From: Nitrospirota bacterium
GTDB taxonomy: Bacteria; Nitrospirota; UBA9217
Reading direction: 5' to 3'
Length of the DNA: 64,000 nt
Assembly: GCA_963790205.1 (NCBI GenBank)
Contig: CAWBNQ010000014.1
Location: 192,001-256,000 of the forward strand
Below the pieces are notes generated by a model. That model saw nothing but the letters and a program-made list of their open reading frames with translations, ran no database searches and was not told where the DNA came from. Position 1 is the stretch's first letter. The number at the start of each line of letters is the position of its first letter. Both the position numbers and the translations under genes were made by a program. Positions 20,114 to 33,638 of the stretch are shown in pieces.

Positions 20114-20402
20114 AAAATAAGACCTTGAAGGTCAAGGGGCATTCATTTTAAAGCTCGTTGTCAAGAGAAAAGCCTCACTCTCTGATCGCGATTGGCGTTA
20201 AATATATTTATGGAAAATAAGCACGGCGCAAAAAAAACTTTGGGGACGTTGTGGCGCGAGTGAACTTGCGAAATTATCACTATAGATCGTAATTTCACGT
20301 TGGCATGTTCAACCAGTAATCCTCAGAATTATAAATTGATCGTCCTAATACTAGTAGGTGTATCAGGTAAAACTTTCAGAACTCAAATCAGCGCCCGATA
20401 TA

Positions 20403-21653
20403 TTATTCACGCCGCAGGGCGGCGATCGGGTCCAGTTGTGTGGCCCTCCACGCCGGGTAGAAGCCGAAGAAGACGCCGACGCCGATGGCGACTGCGGGGG
20501 CGACGATGAGGGCTTCCGGGGGAATGGACATCGGCCAGCCCAAAGCGTACCCCATAATGAAAGAGCCGGTCACACCCAAAACGACCCCCGAGAGGCCGCC
20601 GAAGAGGCTCAAGATGACGGCTTCGCCGAGAAACTGCAGGTGTATGGCGGAGGTCTTGGCCCCGACGGCCATGCGGATGCCGATTTCCCTGGTCCGTTCG
20701 GTCACGGACACGAGCATTACGTTCATGATCCCGATCCCGCCGACCAGAAGGGAGATGGAGGCGACGCTGATGAGAAACAGCGAGAGGGTCCGGTTCGCTT
20801 CGATCTGGGCCTTGATCATTTCATCCGGACGACGGATGTTAAAATCATCGCTCCCCGTTCGGATGTGGTGCCGCTCGCGCAGAAGCTCGTTGATCCGGGC
20901 AACGGCGGGTTTAACAGCGTCCAGGGACTCGGCCGAGCACATAATGTCGTCCAGCCACGAGAAACCCTTGCCCCGAAGCCTCTTCTGTACAGTCGTGTAG
21001 GGCATGATGATGGTGTCGTCCTGGTCCTGGCCGGTAGGCGACTGGCCTTTCGGCGCCAAGACGCCGATCACCCGGTATATCTGTTTATTGATGCGCGCTT
21101 CTTGTCCAACCGCGTCCCCGGATCCGAAGAGCTGCTGACGCACGGTCTGGCCGATGAGAACCACGTTTGCCACGTGGGCCACGGCTTCTTTTGTGAACGG
21201 TTCCCCCTCCGCCAGGTCCCATCGCCTGATATCCAAAAATTCAGGGGTAACGCCCCGGTAATGCGTCGTCCAATTGAGCTTCCCCGAGGCAATGAGCACG
21301 CTCCCGTCCACGTTCGGAGAAACACTTTTAATGAACGGCACTTCATGAAGGATCGCCTCGGCATCTTCCATGGTGAGTGAGGTCATGCCGTGGCTGCCGG
21401 ACCGCACCCCGTTCACGTTGCGGGAACCGGCCTCGACCCACACGAGGTTGTCCCCCAGGTTCTGGAGCTGCTGCTCGGCGCGCTGCGAGCCCGCCGTGCC
21501 GATGGCCACCACGCAAACGACCGCGGCAATGCCGATGGATATCCCGACGGCCGACAGCGCGCTTCGCGTCTTGTTCCGGGAAAGCGCGCGCACTGCCTCG
21601 CGGCCGAGGAGGCCGAGCGGGAGACCGATGATCTTATGTGCCTTGCCGGACAT
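20403..21653 (-). CDS. MacB/FtsX-family ABC transporter permease (no ATPase nearby)
   Basis: GISIGIAAVV, SLLVGGIGIMNVMLVSVTERTREIGIRMAVGA, LDPIAALR. Confidence 0.93.
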   Translation of the reverse strand: MSGKAHKIIGLPLGLLGREAVRALSRNKTRSALSAVGISIGIAAVVCVVAIGTAGSQRAEQQLQNLGDNLVWVEAGSRNVNGVRSGSHGMTSLTMEDAEAILHEVPFIKSVSPNVDGSVLIASGKLNWTTHYRGVTPEFLDIRRWDLAEGEPFTKEAVAHVANVVLIGQTVRQQLFGSGDAVGQEARINKQIYRVIGVLAPKGQSPTGQDQDDTIIMPYTTVQKRLRGKGFSWLDDIMCSAESLDAVKPAVARINELLRERHHIRTGSDDFNIRRPDEMIKAQIEANRTLSLFLISVASISLLVGGIGIMNVMLVSVTERTREIGIRMAVGAKTSAIHLQFLGEAVILSLFGGLSGVVLGVTGSFIMGYALGWPMSIPPEALIVAPAVAIGVGVFFGFYPAWRATQLDPIAALRRE

Positions 21654-21839
21654 AGGGAGGGCCGTCTCTTTCAGCCATCATAGTACCCGGGGGCGCGGGT
21701 TCTGTCAACTGAGCACAAACTCTGCAATCAGGGAAACCGGAAGAGGAGCTTCGTTCCGGTTTCCTCTGCGCCGTTTTGTGGCGATCGCGTAATTCCGCTA
21801 CCACTCCCGCGCCCTGATACGGTATAATCAGTATCAGCC

Positions 21840-23261
21840 ATGCTCCCCCGGACCCTCGAATATCTTTCGCGGCTTATCACGCTTACCGCTCAACCCGTCT
21901 ACCTCGTCGGCGGGTCTGTCCGCGACCTGCTGATCGGCCTTCAGGACATCAAGGACATCGACCTCGTGATGCCGGCGGGCTCGGAGAGCGTTGCACGGCA
22001 TTTCGCAGACACGATCGGCGGGAGTTTTTTCTTTCTCGATGAAGAGCGGAAGATCACCCGGCTGGTGAAGCAATCGGACGGCGGGACCATTCAATTCGAT
22101 TTTACGAACTTCGAGGGACCGGACCTCGCCGCGGACCTCGGGCGCCGGGACTTTACCATGAATGCCATGGCCCTCGATCTTCGGGAATTCATCAAGGACC
22201 AATCCCTGGGGAAAATGATCGATCTGTTTCACGGCAGAGAGGATGTAACGAGCAGGCTCGTCCGCGCGGTAAAACCCGAAGTCCTGGATGAAGACCCCCT
22301 CCGGCTCCTGCGCGCCGTGCGGTTCGCCGCATCGCTTGGCTTTACGATCGAAGATAAGACAAAGACCGATATCAAAATACGCGCGGTCCTTATCGCCAAA
22401 CCTTCGCCGGAACGCATCCGGGATGAATTCTTCCAGATCCTCTCACAGCGGAGAGCGGACGAACACCTCACGCTCATGGACTCACTCGGACTTTTGTCGC
22501 ACCTGCTGCCCGAACTCGACACGCTCACGGGGTTTTCTCCCGGCAGATATCATATCTATGATGTCCGTACCCATTCGATCAAGGCGGCCGGATATGTGGA
22601 CAGCGTGCTTGACGATTTATCGAAGATATCGCCGGAGTACGCCCATCTTGTTTTCGAGCACCTTGATAAACTGCTCGAAAATCTCGTTCCCCGCAAAGCC
22701 GCGCTCCGGTTCGCCTGCCTTCTGCACGACATCGCAAAGCCCGAGGCCCTTTCGCAGGACGAAGAGGGCCACATCCATTTTTACGGCCACGATAATCTCG
22801 GGGCCGAAAAGGCGAAGGAGATATGCAGAAGGCTCCGGCTTTCCCGGGATACGGAGGCCATGGTCTCCTCGGTCATCAAGCAGCACATGCGGCTCTTTAA
22901 CCTCTCGACTCCCGGCGGGCCGAGCAAGAACGCCATGCACCGCTATTGCCGTGATCTGAAAGGCGCCCTGCCGGAAAGCCTTGTCCTCGCCCAGGCGGAC
23001 GCTCGGGCAACCTACGATATCATGCCCAGGGAGAAGTTCACGGACACGGAAAAACCCATGGCCGCGGTCCTGGAGTATTACTATGAAAAGTTCCTGAAGG
23101 CTGAGGAAAAACCGCTCGTGACCGGGAACGACTTGATTAAACGCGGGCTCAAGCCAGGTCCGCGGTTCCGGGAGATACTGGATGAGATCAAGGAGCGCCA
23201 GGCAGCGGGACTGCTCAAGGACCGGAATGAGGCCCTTGAGTTCATTGAGAGCTTGAAATGA
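21840..23261 (+). CDS. CCA/poly(A)-polymerase family nucleotidyltransferase with HD domain
   Basis: VGGSVRD, DIDL, RRDFTMNA, EDPLRLLRAVRF, LLHDIAK. Confidence 0.9.
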   Translation: MLPRTLEYLSRLITLTAQPVYLVGGSVRDLLIGLQDIKDIDLVMPAGSESVARHFADTIGGSFFFLDEERKITRLVKQSDGGTIQFDFTNFEGPDLAADLGRRDFTMNAMALDLREFIKDQSLGKMIDLFHGREDVTSRLVRAVKPEVLDEDPLRLLRAVRFAASLGFTIEDKTKTDIKIRAVLIAKPSPERIRDEFFQILSQRRADEHLTLMDSLGLLSHLLPELDTLTGFSPGRYHIYDVRTHSIKAAGYVDSVLDDLSKISPEYAHLVFEHLDKLLENLVPRKAALRFACLLHDIAKPEALSQDEEGHIHFYGHDNLGAEKAKEICRRLRLSRDTEAMVSSVIKQHMRLFNLSTPGGPSKNAMHRYCRDLKGALPESLVLAQADARATYDIMPREKFTDTEKPMAAVLEYYYEKFLKAEEKPLVTGNDLIKRGLKPGPRFREILDEIKERQAAGLLKDRNEALEFIESLK

Positions 23262-23420
23262 TGTTTACCCGGATTATAACACTTTTTTATAAGGAACTTA
23301 GGTTTTCTTATAATCTTCTTGACAATGGCAACTGTTTGATTTATAAATAGTCCTTACAGCAGTCACCTTCTGATATTGCATCATTTCCAAATCCATCACC
23401 ATGCAGCGGTCACCTAATCT

Positions 23421-24329
23421 ATGGAAGACCATAAACTGAGAGTTTTCTGCGCCGTCGCGGAGACCAAAAGCTTTTCCAAGGCCTCCGAGCTCATCCATCT
23501 CACCCAGCCGGCAGTGAGCCTCCAGGTGCAGGCCATGGAGGAGCTCTACGAGACCCGCTTGTTCGACCGTTCCGGCAATGCCATCAACCTGACCCCGGCG
23601 GGCGAGATCCTGTACAAGAGGGCGAAAGAGATCCTGGCGCTTTACGCCGAGGCGCAGAAGAACATCAGCGAGATAACCGGCGCGATCAAGGGTTCTCTCT
23701 CCATCGGCGCCAGTTCGACCATCGGCAACTATCTCCTCCCCTCGATCATCTCCGCTTTTAAAAAGAAGGTTCCCCAGGTCAACATCTCCCTCGTCGTGAG
23801 CAATACAAAGACCATCACGGAAAAGTTGAACGCCGGCGAGATCGATATCGCGCTGGTGGAAGGCGACGTGAGCAAGCAGCGCTTTACCGTGGAGACGCTG
23901 CTGTCGGACGAGCTCGTGGTCGTTATGTCGCCCGCCCACCCGTGGGCGGAGCGGAGGAACATCCCGGGGATCGAGATGACGAAGGAGCCCCTCATTATGC
24001 GGGAAGAGGGGTCGGGCACCCGCCAGATCATCCTGAAGCATCTTGAAGACCACGGGATCAAGCTCGACAACCTCAAGATCACCCTTGTTCTCGGCAGCAC
24101 GGAAGCGATCAAAAGCGCCGTGGAAGAAGGCATGGGTGTCTCGATCCTCTCCGCCTGGGCGGTCCGGCAAGCGATCAAGCACGGGATCCTGAAGGCCACC
24201 ACGTTCAAGGACGTCAAGTTCCACCGGAACTTCAGCATCATCTCGCCCAAGCGCAACTACTGCACGCACACGGCCAAGGAATTCCTGAACTTCCTCAAGG
24301 TCTATCCTATCAAAGCTCCCATTTCCTGA
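23421..24329 (+). CDS. LysR family regulator (CysL-like)
   Basis: SFSKAS...LTQPAVS HTH; GASSTIGNY, REEGSGTR. Confidence 0.92.
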   Translation: MEDHKLRVFCAVAETKSFSKASELIHLTQPAVSLQVQAMEELYETRLFDRSGNAINLTPAGEILYKRAKEILALYAEAQKNISEITGAIKGSLSIGASSTIGNYLLPSIISAFKKKVPQVNISLVVSNTKTITEKLNAGEIDIALVEGDVSKQRFTVETLLSDELVVVMSPAHPWAERRNIPGIEMTKEPLIMREEGSGTRQIILKHLEDHGIKLDNLKITLVLGSTEAIKSAVEEGMGVSILSAWAVRQAIKHGILKATTFKDVKFHRNFSIISPKRNYCTHTAKEFLNFLKVYPIKAPIS

Positions 24330-26856
24330 GATACATTCTTTTCAAGTTCTCCCGTTCCTGCTCCCAGATAGAAGCGCGGCTTGCCCGGCTGATCCGGTTG
24401 AGCTCCCGTTCATTCCAGGTAACGGCCTTCAGGACCCCTCCGTCCGCCGACAAAACGATTGCGCCATCCCGGTCCGTACGGTATATCCTGGTTCCGCTGC
24501 TCGCATACCGTGAGATGACCTCATCGGAAGGGTGATGGTACCTGTTCCCTCTCCCAACGGTCACGACGGCGGCAGAGGGCCGTGCAGCGGACACAAATGC
24601 TTCGGAGCTCGAGCTTTTGCTGCCGTGGTGCGGGACCTTGAGCAGGTCACTCTTTAGGTCCTGTCCTCTCTTGATCAAGTCCTTCTCAGCCCCCGTGCCG
24701 ATATCGCCGGTAAACAGTAGCACCAGGTCATGAAAGGCGACCCGCACGACAAGCGAACGGTCGTTCTCGGCCGCATAGGCTTGCCTTTCGTGACTGTGAA
24801 AACCGCGCGCGGGATGGAGCACGCGCAACTCCGCGCTGCCGAGTTGAACAGGCGGGTCATCCGCAGACACGAATTTCCGGCTGATGCTCCTCCCGGCAAT
24901 GACCCTGTTAAATTCATCGTATCCTGGAAGGCCGGTGTCCTGCCCATGGGTCCAGACCTCGCCAACGTCGAATTTTTGGAGGATGAACGTGAGCCCGTTC
25001 ATGTGGTCGGGGTGCGGGTGCGACAGGACCACGAGGTCAAGCCTGCGAACACCTCTGTTCCAGAGGTAGGGAGCGAGTACGCGCCTCCCTATATCGAAGC
25101 GGTCGTCGTACGTTCCGCCCCCGTCGATCAGTATGTTGTTGCCCGCCGGGAGCCTGATGAGGGCGCTGTCCCCCTGCCCCACATCGGGGAAGGCGACCTC
25201 AATGGCCCGCTTCGCGAGAAACGGCTGCGTCGTGATAGCGGTCAATAACGTCCCTGCAAGCGCGACCACGATGATTGACGCTCTTGAAGCTCGGGAGGAA
25301 TATTCGAGCGGCTTAAAACGATAGAGCATCTTTGACCTGATGAGACTTGCCAGACCTAGAATGAGCGCGCCGTAACAGAGGAGCCATAGTATCCCCGGTG
25401 ACGGAGGATGAAATTCGGCAAAAGGAAGGCGGGAGAAGAATGCGACCGTATTGATAAACAGGTCGGCAATGAACTGGTTCGGGGCCGCCAGCGGCAGATG
25501 ATGCGTGAACAGCGACAGGACGCCTGAAAAGAGCCCCAGCGGAACGACCACCATCCCGGCAAAGGGCACGATGACCATGTTCGAAATGATCCCAGCAAAC
25601 GAGACCTGGTTGAAATAGCGCGCCACAAGCGGCCCCGTGGAGAGACTCGCGGTAAAAGATATCATGACCAGCAAGGCCGCGCTGTTCCTGAGCTTCTGCA
25701 CCATAGTCAGGGCCTTGATGCCGAGTTCGCTCCAGAGCATGACGATATAGCCTATGCTCAGCACTGAGATGAACGAGAGCTGAAAGGATATGTCGAAGAA
25801 GGCCTGCGGCCCGGCAAGGAGAATAATCAAGGCCGCGGTCGCGAGTGAATGCATCAAGGCGTTTTCCCGGTCAAGGAGGAGTGCGGCAAGAGCAGCCGTG
25901 ATCATCATGAGCGAGCGGACCGTGGCCACCTGCCCCCCGGCAAGGAGCGTATAAAAGACCACCAGCGGGAGCGTCATCACTGCCGAGATCTTCTTCGGGT
26001 CGGCATGCAGCGTCAAGAGGAGATAAGTACGCTCGGGCAAGAAGCGCATCAGAACCCGGGCCAGACCGAAGCAGAGGACCGCAAGCATGCCCAGGTGCGA
26101 GCCCGAGATGGAGATGATATGCGTGACCCCGGCAGCCATGAATTGGTCGCGGGTGTCGTCCGTGAGCCCGCCCTCCTCCCCCAGGACCATGGCCTGAAGG
26201 ATTGCCGAGCCGGGGCCCGTAGTAGAAGTGAGGAACGCCTGCCGTATCCGCTCGCGCCAGTCCTGGATGGTCCTGAATATGCCGCTGCCTGCTCCGATGG
26301 TCCGGACCTGCTTGCCCCCCTTGACGCTTACCATGCGATAGATCCCGCTTTGTGCGAGATATGCCGCATAGTCGAAGCCGCGCGGGTTATTGAATCCTCT
26401 CGGTTCAAACATCCTGCCGGAAACGCTGATGATATCGCCGTATCCGATCGACGTCAGTCCTTCACGCACGCTCACACGGACCTTTCCTGTCGCCGGAGCG
26501 CCGTCGATATCTGAAAGCTCCATGGCAAATGCCGTCCTGTCGGGGGCACGGTCCGGGGGCGATGAGATCGTTCCGGTCATTTCATGGATCGCTTTGTCAT
26601 CCGGGACAATTCGCACGTAATGGTTCGCCGGCAGCCAGAGCACTGAATAGAGGTACGCGGCCATGCCGATGATTCCGGGGATGATAATAAGAAGAAAACG
26701 GCTGAGAGCAACCCTCTCTCGCCATGTCATGACGGCAAGAATGAGGACAACGATAGCGGCGAGGATGATTATTGAATACGGGAAGTAGAGAAATCCATGT
26801 CCGAACAGCAGGCCTGAACAATACGCGAGCGTGAGAGCTATGATGGGTTTCTGCAT
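24310..26856 (-). CDS. comEC: DNA uptake channel ComEC/Rec2
   Basis: HIISISGSH, DVGQGDS, SHPHPDH, KVPHHGS, YRTDRDG. Confidence 0.94.
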   Translation of the reverse strand: MQKPIIALTLAYCSGLLFGHGFLYFPYSIIILAAIVVLILAVMTWRERVALSRFLLIIIPGIIGMAAYLYSVLWLPANHYVRIVPDDKAIHEMTGTISSPPDRAPDRTAFAMELSDIDGAPATGKVRVSVREGLTSIGYGDIISVSGRMFEPRGFNNPRGFDYAAYLAQSGIYRMVSVKGGKQVRTIGAGSGIFRTIQDWRERIRQAFLTSTTGPGSAILQAMVLGEEGGLTDDTRDQFMAAGVTHIISISGSHLGMLAVLCFGLARVLMRFLPERTYLLLTLHADPKKISAVMTLPLVVFYTLLAGGQVATVRSLMMITAALAALLLDRENALMHSLATAALIILLAGPQAFFDISFQLSFISVLSIGYIVMLWSELGIKALTMVQKLRNSAALLVMISFTASLSTGPLVARYFNQVSFAGIISNMVIVPFAGMVVVPLGLFSGVLSLFTHHLPLAAPNQFIADLFINTVAFFSRLPFAEFHPPSPGILWLLCYGALILGLASLIRSKMLYRFKPLEYSSRASRASIIVVALAGTLLTAITTQPFLAKRAIEVAFPDVGQGDSALIRLPAGNNILIDGGGTYDDRFDIGRRVLAPYLWNRGVRRLDLVVLSHPHPDHMNGLTFILQKFDVGEVWTHGQDTGLPGYDEFNRVIAGRSISRKFVSADDPPVQLGSAELRVLHPARGFHSHERQAYAAENDRSLVVRVAFHDLVLLFTGDIGTGAEKDLIKRGQDLKSDLLKVPHHGSKSSSSEAFVSAARPSAAVVTVGRGNRYHHPSDEVISRYASSGTRIYRTDRDGAIVLSADGGVLKAVTWNERELNRISRASRASIWEQERENLKRMYLRKWEL

Positions 26857-26982
26857 AGACGTTTCGAATATCGGACTCTGTCGTGAGCGCTGTCGAACGA
26901 CCGCAGATTGCGCAGTGACAAGCGGCGCATACGTACTGAAAGCATATTGCACATCGTAAGTTGTGAATGTTGGATCAGCTTC

Positions 26983-28332
26983 TTACCCCAGTTTTTCCCT
27001 GATGATCCCCGCAAGATCCTCCGCCAGCGCCCTGATCTCCTTTTCGTCTTCGCCTTCGAGCATGACGCGGACCTTGGGCTCCGTGCCTGAATAGCGGACA
27101 AGAAGACGGCCGGTGCCGTCGAGCTTTTTCTCGATCTCGGCCATCCGCTTTGCGATTTCGGGGATCGTTGCAAGGTCCCGCCGCTCTTTCACGTTCACAT
27201 TGACGAGCGTCTGGGGATAGGTCTTCATGCACGAGGCAAGCTCGGACAGGGGCTTCCCGGCCTGCTTCATGATCGCCAGGACCTGAAGAGCCGAGATAAG
27301 TCCGTCTCCGGTCGTGTTATTGTCAAGGAAGATGATGTGCCCCGACTGCTCTCCGCCGAGGTTGTATCCGCCCTCGATCATTTTCTCCATCACGGAGCGA
27401 TCGCCCACGGCGGCGCGCACCAGCTTGCCGCCCGCCTTTTGCATCGCCAGCTCCAGGCCGAGGTTGCTCATGACCGTGGCGACCAGCGTGTTCTGTTTGA
27501 GCCTGCCCTCTTTCATCATCTGGAGCGCGCAGATGGCCATGACCGCATCGCCATCCACCGTAACGCCTTTTTCGTCGCAGAGAATCACCCGGTCCGCGTC
27601 GCCGTCAAAGGCAATGCCGAGCCGGGCGCTGTTCGCAACCACGGCGCGGGAAATAACTGCGGGATGGAGCGAGCCGCAGCCCTGGTTTATGTTCATGCCG
27701 TTCGGCTGGTCATAGAGCGAGATGACGTCCGCCCCGAGCTCGGTAAGGATGCGCGGCCCGATCTTGTACGCCGCGCCGTTTGCGGAGTCCACGACCACGC
27801 GCACTCCGGCGAGGTCCATGCCGCGCGGGACCGAGGCTTTCACGAACTCATTGTATCTTCCGATCGCATCGTCGATCCTGAAGGCCTTGCCGATCTCGGA
27901 CGCGGTCGGTCGGACGGAATCGACGGCCCCTGAAAAGATCAGGTCCTCCATCTTTTTTTCCGTCTCGTCAGGCAGTTTGAACCCGTCGCGGCCGAAGAAC
28001 TTGATGCCGTTGTCCTCATAGGGGTTGTGCGAGGCGGAGATGACCACGCCCGCGTCGGCCCTGAGGCTGCGGGTGAGAAAGGCGATCCCGGGCGTCGGCA
28101 CCGGGCCCACGAGCAGCACGTCGACGCCCATGGAGCAGAGCCCCGAGGTGAGCGCGCTCTCGATCATGTAGCCCGAAAGCCGCGTGTCCTTGCCGATCAC
28201 GATCCGGTGGCGGCGGGAGGAATCACGGAATACGTGCGCCGCGGCCCTTCCGATACGCAAGGCCATTTCCGAGGTCATGGGTTCCTGGTTTGCGACGCCT
28301 CGGACGCCGTCGGTCCCGAAAAGCTTCCTCAT
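26983..28332 (-). CDS. glmM: Phosphoglucosamine mutase
   Basis: [35 protein letters not shown]. Confidence 0.97.
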   Translation of the reverse strand: MRKLFGTDGVRGVANQEPMTSEMALRIGRAAAHVFRDSSRRHRIVIGKDTRLSGYMIESALTSGLCSMGVDVLLVGPVPTPGIAFLTRSLRADAGVVISASHNPYEDNGIKFFGRDGFKLPDETEKKMEDLIFSGAVDSVRPTASEIGKAFRIDDAIGRYNEFVKASVPRGMDLAGVRVVVDSANGAAYKIGPRILTELGADVISLYDQPNGMNINQGCGSLHPAVISRAVVANSARLGIAFDGDADRVILCDEKGVTVDGDAVMAICALQMMKEGRLKQNTLVATVMSNLGLELAMQKAGGKLVRAAVGDRSVMEKMIEGGYNLGGEQSGHIIFLDNNTTGDGLISALQVLAIMKQAGKPLSELASCMKTYPQTLVNVNVKERRDLATIPEIAKRMAEIEKKLDGTGRLLVRYSGTEPKVRVMLEGEDEKEIRALAEDLAGIIREKLG

Positions 28333-28985
28333 TTTCCCGTCCTCTCAATAGCGACCCGCACGATAATGCTCTTTTCCAGAAGTTTTACCGGCTGTCCCTG
28401 ATAATCTATCTTCGGCTCGATGGCCAAGCCCTCCCTGGCCCCCTGGATGTCGATCGGCATGGTCTCCAGTTTGTCAAGCGTCTTCATCACGCTCGCCGGG
28501 CCTTCGACGACGATCTTCGCCGGTATGACCGCGACGCCGGCCAGGTGATAGCCTGCGGCGGGCGCGCCGTGCAGCACCGGCCTGAGCCGAAACGTCCTCC
28601 GGATGAGCGGTTCCAGCTTCACCTTGACCTCGGACAGCGACATATGCGTCACCATGACCCCGTCCGGGCGCTTGATATCGTCGGGGGAGATCCGCACGAT
28701 GTTCTCCCCCTCTTTGGTCATCGAAAGGTCGAGAATGCCTGTCACCTTTTTCCCGAACGCGCTGTCGCCGAGCACGCGTTCCTGCCCCTGTACGCGGACT
28801 TCGACATCGCTCGTCACATCGCCCACGACCGTCATGCCCTGGGGGATGTTCCGGAGCTCGAGGGGGACCGTGAGCGTCATCTCCGTCTTGCCCGTCGACG
28901 TCACGTAGAGCCACAGCGCGATCGCGCAGAGGAGCGAGATGAGCTTGATGGTCCAGTTGTCGGTAAGTATCCTGCGAAAGTCCAT
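28329..28985 (-). CDS. cdaR: CdaR/YbbR family regulator
   Basis: N-terminal [17 protein letters not shown]; YbbR-like repeats; between cdaA and glmM. Confidence 0.88.
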   Translation of the reverse strand: MDFRRILTDNWTIKLISLLCAIALWLYVTSTGKTEMTLTVPLELRNIPQGMTVVGDVTSDVEVRVQGQERVLGDSAFGKKVTGILDLSMTKEGENIVRISPDDIKRPDGVMVTHMSLSEVKVKLEPLIRRTFRLRPVLHGAPAAGYHLAGVAVIPAKIVVEGPASVMKTLDKLETMPIDIQGAREGLAIEPKIDYQGQPVKLLEKSIIVRVAIERTGK

Positions 28986-28986
28986 G

Positions 28987-29781
28987 TTACGGTTTCCTGT
29001 TCTTTTTCCTGACGAAAATGCCGGACAGCGCCTTCCTGAGCGCCGGCGTCTCGAGCGTGTGTTCGATCGATCCGTTCGCTACCACCGAGATCTCTCCCGT
29101 TTCCTCCGAAACCACGACCACGACGGCGTCGGACTCTTCGGTCAGACCGACGGCGGCGCGGTGACGCGTGCCGAGGGACTTGGAAAGGTTCGACGAGAGG
29201 GTGAGCGGCAGAAAGCACCCTGCCGCGATGATCCTTCCGCCCCGGATGATCGCGGCGCCGTCATGGATCGGCGAATAGGGGAGAAAGATGCTGACGAGGA
29301 GCTCCTTGGTGACTTTGGCGTCGAGCTCGGTGCCCATCTCCACGATGGTCGTCAGGTCCGTGTCCCGTTCGAGCACGATCAGCGCGCCGATGCGTTTGTT
29401 CGCCATGGAGACCGCGGCCTTGACCGTTTCCTCGACGAATTTGGAACCTTCGACGTACGACAGGGACCTGAAGAGGCGGCGCTCGCCGACCTGCGCCAGC
29501 GCGCGCCTGATCTCGGGCTGGAACAGAATTACGATGGCCAGCACGATCTGGGACCAAACGCTGTGGAGAAGCCAGTCGAGGGTGTAGAACTCGAGCGCCC
29601 GCGAGGCAATGAGGGCCAGCACGATCAACCCGATGCCGATGAGCATCTGGAAAGCGCGTGTGCCCTTGATGATGAGGAGCAGCCGGTAGAAGAGGTAGTA
29701 GACAAGGGCGATGTCTACGGTATCGTTGAACCACCGGTAGTGCGCAAGGGCCTCGCGTATGTCGGTAATGTTATCCATCAA
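28987..29781 (-). CDS. cdaA: Diadenylate cyclase
   Basis: FQPEIRRAL, HDGA, GTRHRAA, VSEETG. Confidence 0.95.
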   Translation of the reverse strand: MMDNITDIREALAHYRWFNDTVDIALVYYLFYRLLLIIKGTRAFQMLIGIGLIVLALIASRALEFYTLDWLLHSVWSQIVLAIVILFQPEIRRALAQVGERRLFRSLSYVEGSKFVEETVKAAVSMANKRIGALIVLERDTDLTTIVEMGTELDAKVTKELLVSIFLPYSPIHDGAAIIRGGRIIAAGCFLPLTLSSNLSKSLGTRHRAAVGLTEESDAVVVVVSEETGEISVVANGSIEHTLETPALRKALSGIFVRKKNRKP

Positions 29782-29874
29782 AATAAAATCTTAAATCCTG
29801 ATTTCTAAATCCTGAACAAGCTCAAAACTGCAATATCCAAAAGGTGCGGGACGTTCGAATTTCGTGATTGGTAA

Positions 29875-31045
29875 TTATTTTGAATTCCGGATTTCGTGCT
29901 TAGAATTTGCCCTTACGATCGCGTCCGTCATGCGCGCGACCTGGACCATACGCTTCACGTCATGGACCCGGACCACGCTGGCCCCTCGCTCGATCCCAAG
30001 CGCCACCGTGGCCGCGGTGCCGTCGACGCGTTCTTCAGGCACGGGAATGTCGAGGACCGCGCCGATGAACTTCTTTCGCGACGTGCCGAGCACGATCGGC
30101 CTGCCGAGGCCTCGAAATTCGTCGAGCCGTTCCAGAATCGCGAGGTTATGATCGAGCGTCTTGCCGAACCCGATGCCCGGATCGATGAGGACCTTCTCCC
30201 GGCCGACGCCCGCCTTAACAGCGATGTCTATCCCTTCGTCGAGATAGGACATGATCTCGCCCATCAGGTCCGAATAGACCGGGTTCTCCTGCATATCGCG
30301 CGGTGTTCCCTTGATGTGCATGATGACCACGGCAGCGCCGTAATCAGCGGCTACCTGCGCCATGTCCGGAGAAAACCGGAGACCGCTGATGTCGTTCACG
30401 ATCGAGGCCCCCGCTTCGAACGCTTTTTTCGCCACCTTCGCCTTGTACGTGTCGACGGAAATCGGGAGCGTAAGTTCGGCGGAAAGACGTTCAATGACCG
30501 GGATGATCCTGCTGCAGCTCTTCCTCCTCGGACAGCGGCCGCGCCCCGGGTCTGGTGGACTCTCCGCCGATATCGATGATATCGGCGCCCGCCGCAGCCA
30601 TCTCATGGGCGTGCGCGAGGGCCTTGTCCGTGTTTGCATACAGGCCGCCGTCGGAAAAGGAATCGGGCGTCACGTTGAGGATGCCCATAACGTGTGTGCG
30701 GACAGCGAGGTCGAGGATTTTTCCCCTGCAGTCAATTTTATAATCCGAGCGCAGGTGGTTGTCAAGCAAAGAGTCTATTTTTTTTGAAAGGTTTGCCGGA
30801 ATGCCGTCATGCGTCACGACGGAGGAAATTGCGTGTTTCAGCTGAACGAACGTGCCGGTCAAGACAACATCGGCCGGAGAACTGCCGGCGGGGTGTTCAA
30901 AAAAAGGCGAGGGAGCGGGACTGAAGCCGGCCCCACTGCCCGATGATCGAACGAGTTCTCGAAGAACGTCGGCCTGTCCGGAGGTCAGGCCGCTCAGGGT
31001 CACTCTTATTGCCCCGCGGCCGCTGATCCGGAGGACAGGCCCCAT
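29875..31045 (-). CDS. folP: Dihydropteroate synthase with N-terminal extension (frameshift near 30510)
   Basis: [40 protein letters not shown]. Confidence 0.93.
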
Positions 31046-31054
31046 GCCGCCCTC

Positions 31055-32855
<1,801 letters not shown>

Positions 32856-33003
32856 GTGATTGAATCCTCCTAAAGATACCGCACGGCCTTTGCCTGCCGC
32901 ATATTTGATTATAATAACATATTATCGGCAGGGTGACAATAGATTTAATCCGAAGGCCCTCGTTACGCCACCACGAAGCCGCTGCGACATATGGCTGTCG
33001 CTG

Positions 33004-33546
33004 TTACGGGGCCTGACGCTCTTCCAGGGGAAGAACGGCGATATACGGAAGATTACGGTAGCGGTCCTTGTAATCCAGGCCGTAGCCGACGACATACTTG
33101 TTCGGTATGCGAAACCCCGCGTAGTCCGCCTCGATCTGCACCTGGCGGCGGTCGGACTTGTCCAGAAGCACGCAGACCTTGAGGGAGGCCGGTCCCTGCT
33201 CCAGGAGCCTGCGTTTGAGAAAGTCCACCGTCAGTCCGGAGTCTATGATGTCCTCAACCAGGAGCACATGCTTGCCTTTGACGTCTTCCTTCATGTCGGC
33301 GATGATGTGGACGGGGTGTTCCCGGTCCTGGGAGGCCGAGCTCGTGCTGTGAATGAAGTCCATGCGCACGGATATCCTGAGAGAACGCAAAAGATCGGAC
33401 ATGAAAAAAAGCGCGCCCTTGAGCACGCCGACCACCAACAGGTCCTTGTCGGCGTAATCCGTCGATATCCTCGCGCCAAGCTCATGGATCTTCCTCTGGA
33501 TCTCCTCGCTGGTAAAGAGCGGTTTGCCGAAATCGATACCGACCAT
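33004..33546 (-). CDS. hpt: Hypoxanthine phosphoribosyltransferase
   Basis: VLLVEDIIDSGLT, VVGYGLDY, YRNLPYI. Confidence 0.95.
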   Translation of the reverse strand: MVGIDFGKPLFTSEEIQRKIHELGARISTDYADKDLLVVGVLKGALFFMSDLLRSLRISVRMDFIHSTSSASQDREHPVHIIADMKEDVKGKHVLLVEDIIDSGLTVDFLKRRLLEQGPASLKVCVLLDKSDRRQVQIEADYAGFRIPNKYVVGYGLDYKDRYRNLPYIAVLPLEERQAP

Positions 33547-33610
33547 TATGTCCTCCAAAAATTTATTTTGCCACGAATTCACACGGATGGATTTGCGGCC
33601 GCGCGAATGG

Positions 33611-33637
33611 GGGCAACCACGCAGGGTCGCCCCTGCG
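33611..33637. repeat. REP-like hairpin
   Basis: gggcaaccacgcagggtcgcccctgc. Confidence 0.55.
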
Positions 33638-33638
33638 A